Source: Cupriavidus necator
GTDB taxonomy: Bacteria; Pseudomonadota; Gammaproteobacteria; Burkholderiales; Burkholderiaceae
DNA: 32,000 nucleotides
Reading direction: 5' to 3'
Assembly: GCF_016127575.1 (NCBI RefSeq)
Contig: NZ_CP066018.1
Coordinates: 2,190,001-2,222,000 of the forward strand
Numbering within the stretch: position 1 is the stretch's first letter; every line of letters begins with the position of its first letter. A program made the position numbers and the translations under genes. Below, piece after piece: positions 27,899-32,000 of the stretch. Under the pieces are notes generated by a model. That model did not search any database and had not been told where the DNA came from. It was given only the letters and a program-made list of their open reading frames with translations.

Positions 27899-29329
27899 TT
27901 ACTGCGAGCCGCCGCGCGTGGCGCTGAAGATCTTGCCCGGGTTGAGGATGTGCTTGGGGTCCAGCGCGTCCTTGATCGCGCGCATCACGTCGAGCGCATC
28001 CTCGCCGTGTTCTTCCACCAGGAAGCGCTGCTTGTGCAAGCCCACGCCGTGCTCGCCGGTGCAGGTGCCGCCCATCGCCAGCGCGCGTTCGACGATGCGC
28101 TGGTTGATGGCCTCGGCCTCGGCCATCTCTTCGGGCTTGTCGGGGTCGACCAGGATCGCCACGTGGAAGTTGCCGTCGCCGACATGGCCGACGATGGGGC
28201 AGGGCAGCGCCGAGGCGTTCAGGTCCTTCTCGGTCTCGGTGACGCAGTCGGCCAGGCGCGAGATCGGCACGCACACGTCGGTGGTCACCGACTTGCAGCC
28301 CGGCTTGAGCTGCAGCATGGCGAAGTAGGCGGTATGGCGCGCGTTCCACAGCCGGCTGCGGTCCTCCGGGCGGGTGGCCCACTCGAAGCCCTGGCCGCCG
28401 TGCTCGGCGGTGATCTGCTGCACGGTCTCGGCCTGCTCGCGCACGCCGGCCTCGGTGCCGTGGAATTCGAAGAACAGGTGCGGGGTCTCGGGCAGGGTCA
28501 GGTTGTCGTGGCGGTTGATGGCGCGGATCGCCAGCGCATCGACGAACTCCACGCGCGCCACCGGCACGCCCAGCTGGATGGTCTGGATTACCGCCTGCAC
28601 CGCGCTGCCCATGCTGGGGAAGGCGCACACCGCGGCGGAGATCGCCTCCGGCTGCGGGTAGAGCCGCACCGTCACCTCGGTGATGATGCCGAGCGTGCCT
28701 TCGCTGCCGATAAAGAGCCGGGTCAGGTCATAGCCCGCCGCCGACTTGCGCGCCTGCGTGCCGGTGCGGATCACGCGGCCGTCGGCGGTTACCACTGTCA
28801 GCGCCAGCACGTTCTCGCGCATGGTGCCGTAGCGCACCGCGTTGGTCCCGGAGGCGCGCGTGGCGCACATGCCGCCCAGCGAGGCGTCGGCGCCCGGGTC
28901 GATCGGGAAGAACAGGCCGGTGTCCTTGATTTCCTGGTTCAGCTGCTTGCGCGTGACGCCGGGCTGCACGGTCACGGTCAGGTCCTCGGGCTGCACCGCC
29001 AGCACGTGGTTCATCTGCGACAGGTCCAGACTGATGCCGCCTGCCACGGCCAGCAGATGGCCTTCCAGCGACGAGCCCGCGCCGTACGGGATCAGCGGCA
29101 CGCCATGCTGGTTGCACAGGCGCGCCACCTCGGCCACTTCCTCGGTGCTGTGGGCGAAGACCACGGCGTCGGGCACGGCCGGCGGGAACGGGGATTCGTC
29201 GCGGCCGTGGTGTTCGCACACGCCGGCGGAGGTGGTGAAGCGGTCGCCGAAGCGCGCCGCCAGGGCTTCGCTGAAGGCGGGCGGCAGCGGACGGCGGGCG
29301 AGCGTGGCGGACGGCGTGGGGTGGTTCAT
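27899..29329 (-). CDS. FAD-linked oxidase, D-lactate dehydrogenase (cytochrome)-like; GlcD paralogue
   Basis: Start at ATG 29329 with GGAGA upstream, giving 476 aa. Motifs are PYGAGSSLEGH, GYDLTRLFIGSEGTLG and HVGDGNFHV...GGTCTGEHGVG. The substrate cannot be read from the sequence. Confidence 0.9.
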   Translation of the reverse strand: MNHPTPSATLARRPLPPAFSEALAARFGDRFTTSAGVCEHHGRDESPFPPAVPDAVVFAHSTEEVAEVARLCNQHGVPLIPYGAGSSLEGHLLAVAGGISLDLSQMNHVLAVQPEDLTVTVQPGVTRKQLNQEIKDTGLFFPIDPGADASLGGMCATRASGTNAVRYGTMRENVLALTVVTADGRVIRTGTQARKSAAGYDLTRLFIGSEGTLGIITEVTVRLYPQPEAISAAVCAFPSMGSAVQAVIQTIQLGVPVARVEFVDALAIRAINRHDNLTLPETPHLFFEFHGTEAGVREQAETVQQITAEHGGQGFEWATRPEDRSRLWNARHTAYFAMLQLKPGCKSVTTDVCVPISRLADCVTETEKDLNASALPCPIVGHVGDGNFHVAILVDPDKPEEMAEAEAINQRIVERALAMGGTCTGEHGVGLHKQRFLVEEHGEDALDVMRAIKDALDPKHILNPGKIFSATRGGSQ

Positions 29330-29646
29330 GCGGGTCTCCGGCGGGTCGGCGCGACGGTGGTGCCGGCGGCGGCGCTGCGGAGCAAGCTCCGGTCTGGCCG
29401 GCAGGGGCGCGACCCGGTTATCGAATGGGCGACGAATGGGGGCTACCGGCATTCTACGCCGCGCGGCGGCTCATGCACCCTGGCCGGGCACTGCGGCGGC
29501 CGGTACTGGCCGATAGCCGCACAGCAAGCGCCGGGACACAAGCGCTTGGCGCGCCGAGGCGGTCCGGCGCGATAATGCGTCTTTCCCCCGGGCGCCCCGC
29601 GTTGCAGGGCGGACCACGACTACCACACGCTTACGAGGAGACCGGC

Positions 29647-30213
29647 ATGGGCAACCGCCTGTCCAAGATTGCCACCCGCACCGGCGACGCCGGCACCACC
29701 GGCCTGGGCGACGGCAGCCGCACCGGCAAGGCCAGCCCGCGCATCGCCGCCATCGGCGACGTCGACGAGCTCAACTGCCACGTCGGCGTGCTGCTGACCG
29801 AGGCCCTGCCCGACGACGTGCGCGCCGCCCTGCTGCATATCCAGCACGACCTGTTCGACCTGGGTGGCGAGCTGTCCATCCCGGGCTACACCCTGCTCAA
29901 GCCTGAGCAGGTGGCGCAGCTCGATACCTGGCTCGCCGACTACAACGCCAACCTGCCGCGGCTGGCCGAATTCATCCTGCCCGGCGGCAGCCGCGCCGCG
30001 GCGCAGGCCCATGTCTGCCGCACCGTGTGCCGCCGTGCCGAGCGCGCGCTGGTGGCGCTGGGCGCGGCCGAGCCACTGAACGAGGCCCCGCGCCAGTACC
30101 TGAACCGGCTGTCGGACCTGATGTTCGTGCTGGCGCGGGTGCTGAACCGGGCCGGCGGCGGTTCCGACGTGTTGTGGCAGCGCGATCGCGACGCGCCAGG
30201 AGGTATGGAATAG
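29647..30213 (+). CDS. PduO-type ATP:cob(I)alamin adenosyltransferase
   Basis: Start at ATG 29647 with AGGAG upstream, giving 188 aa. The N-terminal signature is KIATRTGDAGTTGL. Later motifs are IQHDLFDLGGEL, FILPGG and ARTVCRRAER-like (CRTVCRRAERA). The upstream in-frame extension from 29425 is unlikely to be coding. Confidence 0.92.
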   Translation: MGNRLSKIATRTGDAGTTGLGDGSRTGKASPRIAAIGDVDELNCHVGVLLTEALPDDVRAALLHIQHDLFDLGGELSIPGYTLLKPEQVAQLDTWLADYNANLPRLAEFILPGGSRAAAQAHVCRTVCRRAERALVALGAAEPLNEAPRQYLNRLSDLMFVLARVLNRAGGGSDVLWQRDRDAPGGME

Positions 30214-30318
30214 GCCACTTTCGGCGGCCGCGCCGCGCCGTCCGCTTAACCTGCGGCGGCGGATGCCGTTGAAAGCATGCAGAAACCGAGAAAATTACTC
30301 GGATTTGCCGGTTCTGCC

Positions 30319-30346
30319 CTTGAAAAGCCCCCGGGCGGCCACATTT
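30319..30346 (+). promoter_or_regulatory. Sigma32 (RpoH) heat-shock promoter of dnaK
   Basis: cCCTTGAAA (CTTGAAA at 30319-30325), a 13-nt spacer, then CCACATTT (30339-30346). The E. coli-type consensus is CTTGAAA-N13-15-CCCCATnT. It lies about 57 nt upstream of the dnaK ATG. Confidence 0.6.
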
Positions 30347-30402
30347 CGGCCTCAGGTTGAATTGCAGCCGCGCGGATAGCGCCGGCTCAAGAGGAGAGAA
30401 TA

Positions 30403-32000
<1,598 letters not shown>

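Noticed and set aside
29560-29646. A possible cobalamin riboswitch upstream of the cob(I)alamin adenosyltransferase. GGAGACCGGC (29637-29646) resembles the core of the B12 box.
   Set aside because: The match coincides with the Shine-Dalgarno sequence and start codon. I could not find the other conserved aptamer elements (the GGGAA-type and GCCACUG-type cores) in the 317-nt spacer. A covariance-model scan would settle it.

Overview
This window is GC-rich (roughly two-thirds G+C by eye, not computed), and long spurious ORFs occur in every frame. The protein sequences look like a betaproteobacterium of the Burkholderiaceae (Cupriavidus/Ralstonia-like). That assignment is inference; no search was run.

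Most of the window is conserved core chromosome:
- Left end: the 3' end of a response-regulator gene and a short TetR-like gene.
- secF-secD-yajC-tgt-queA on the minus strand.
- recG, then an oxidative-stress block on the plus strand: oxyR, a monofunctional catalase, a 65-codon ORF and dps.
- ubiA, then proC-yggS (minus) divergent from pilT-pilU (plus), then a glutathione peroxidase.
- An approximately 10.3-kb block of 11 minus-strand genes (18983-29329): a D-lactate-dehydrogenase-like FAD oxidase, a LysR regulator, a GNAT acetyltransferase, glcD, a voltage-gated K+ channel homologue, glcE, glcF, lrgA, lrgB, a VOC/glyoxalase-fold protein and a YafY/WYL regulator.
- Right end: a PduO-type cobalamin adenosyltransferase and the 5' 1.6 kb of dnaK behind a sigma32-type promoter.

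I see no rRNA, tRNA, CRISPR array, IS element, integrase or recognisable defence genes, and I cannot point to a clear new system.

The best leads are in the 2-hydroxy-acid oxidation block. One is a six-TM voltage-sensor channel with a C-terminal CxxC-X11-CxxC zinc-ribbon tail, wedged 8 nt after glcD and 27 nt before glcE. The other is an lrgAB pair directly behind glcF, which may be the substrate carrier of the block.

Weaker leads are:
- a triple CTGTCAG-type operator candidate upstream of the VOC gene;
- a TetR gene that appears to change reading frame;
- a 410-bp oxyR-catalase spacer with an AT-rich island, a hairpin and a Cys-rich 37-codon upstream ORF;
- a nested stem-loop between yajC and secD.

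All coordinates and motifs were read by eye from the sequence. Family assignments rest on recognised motifs, not database searches.
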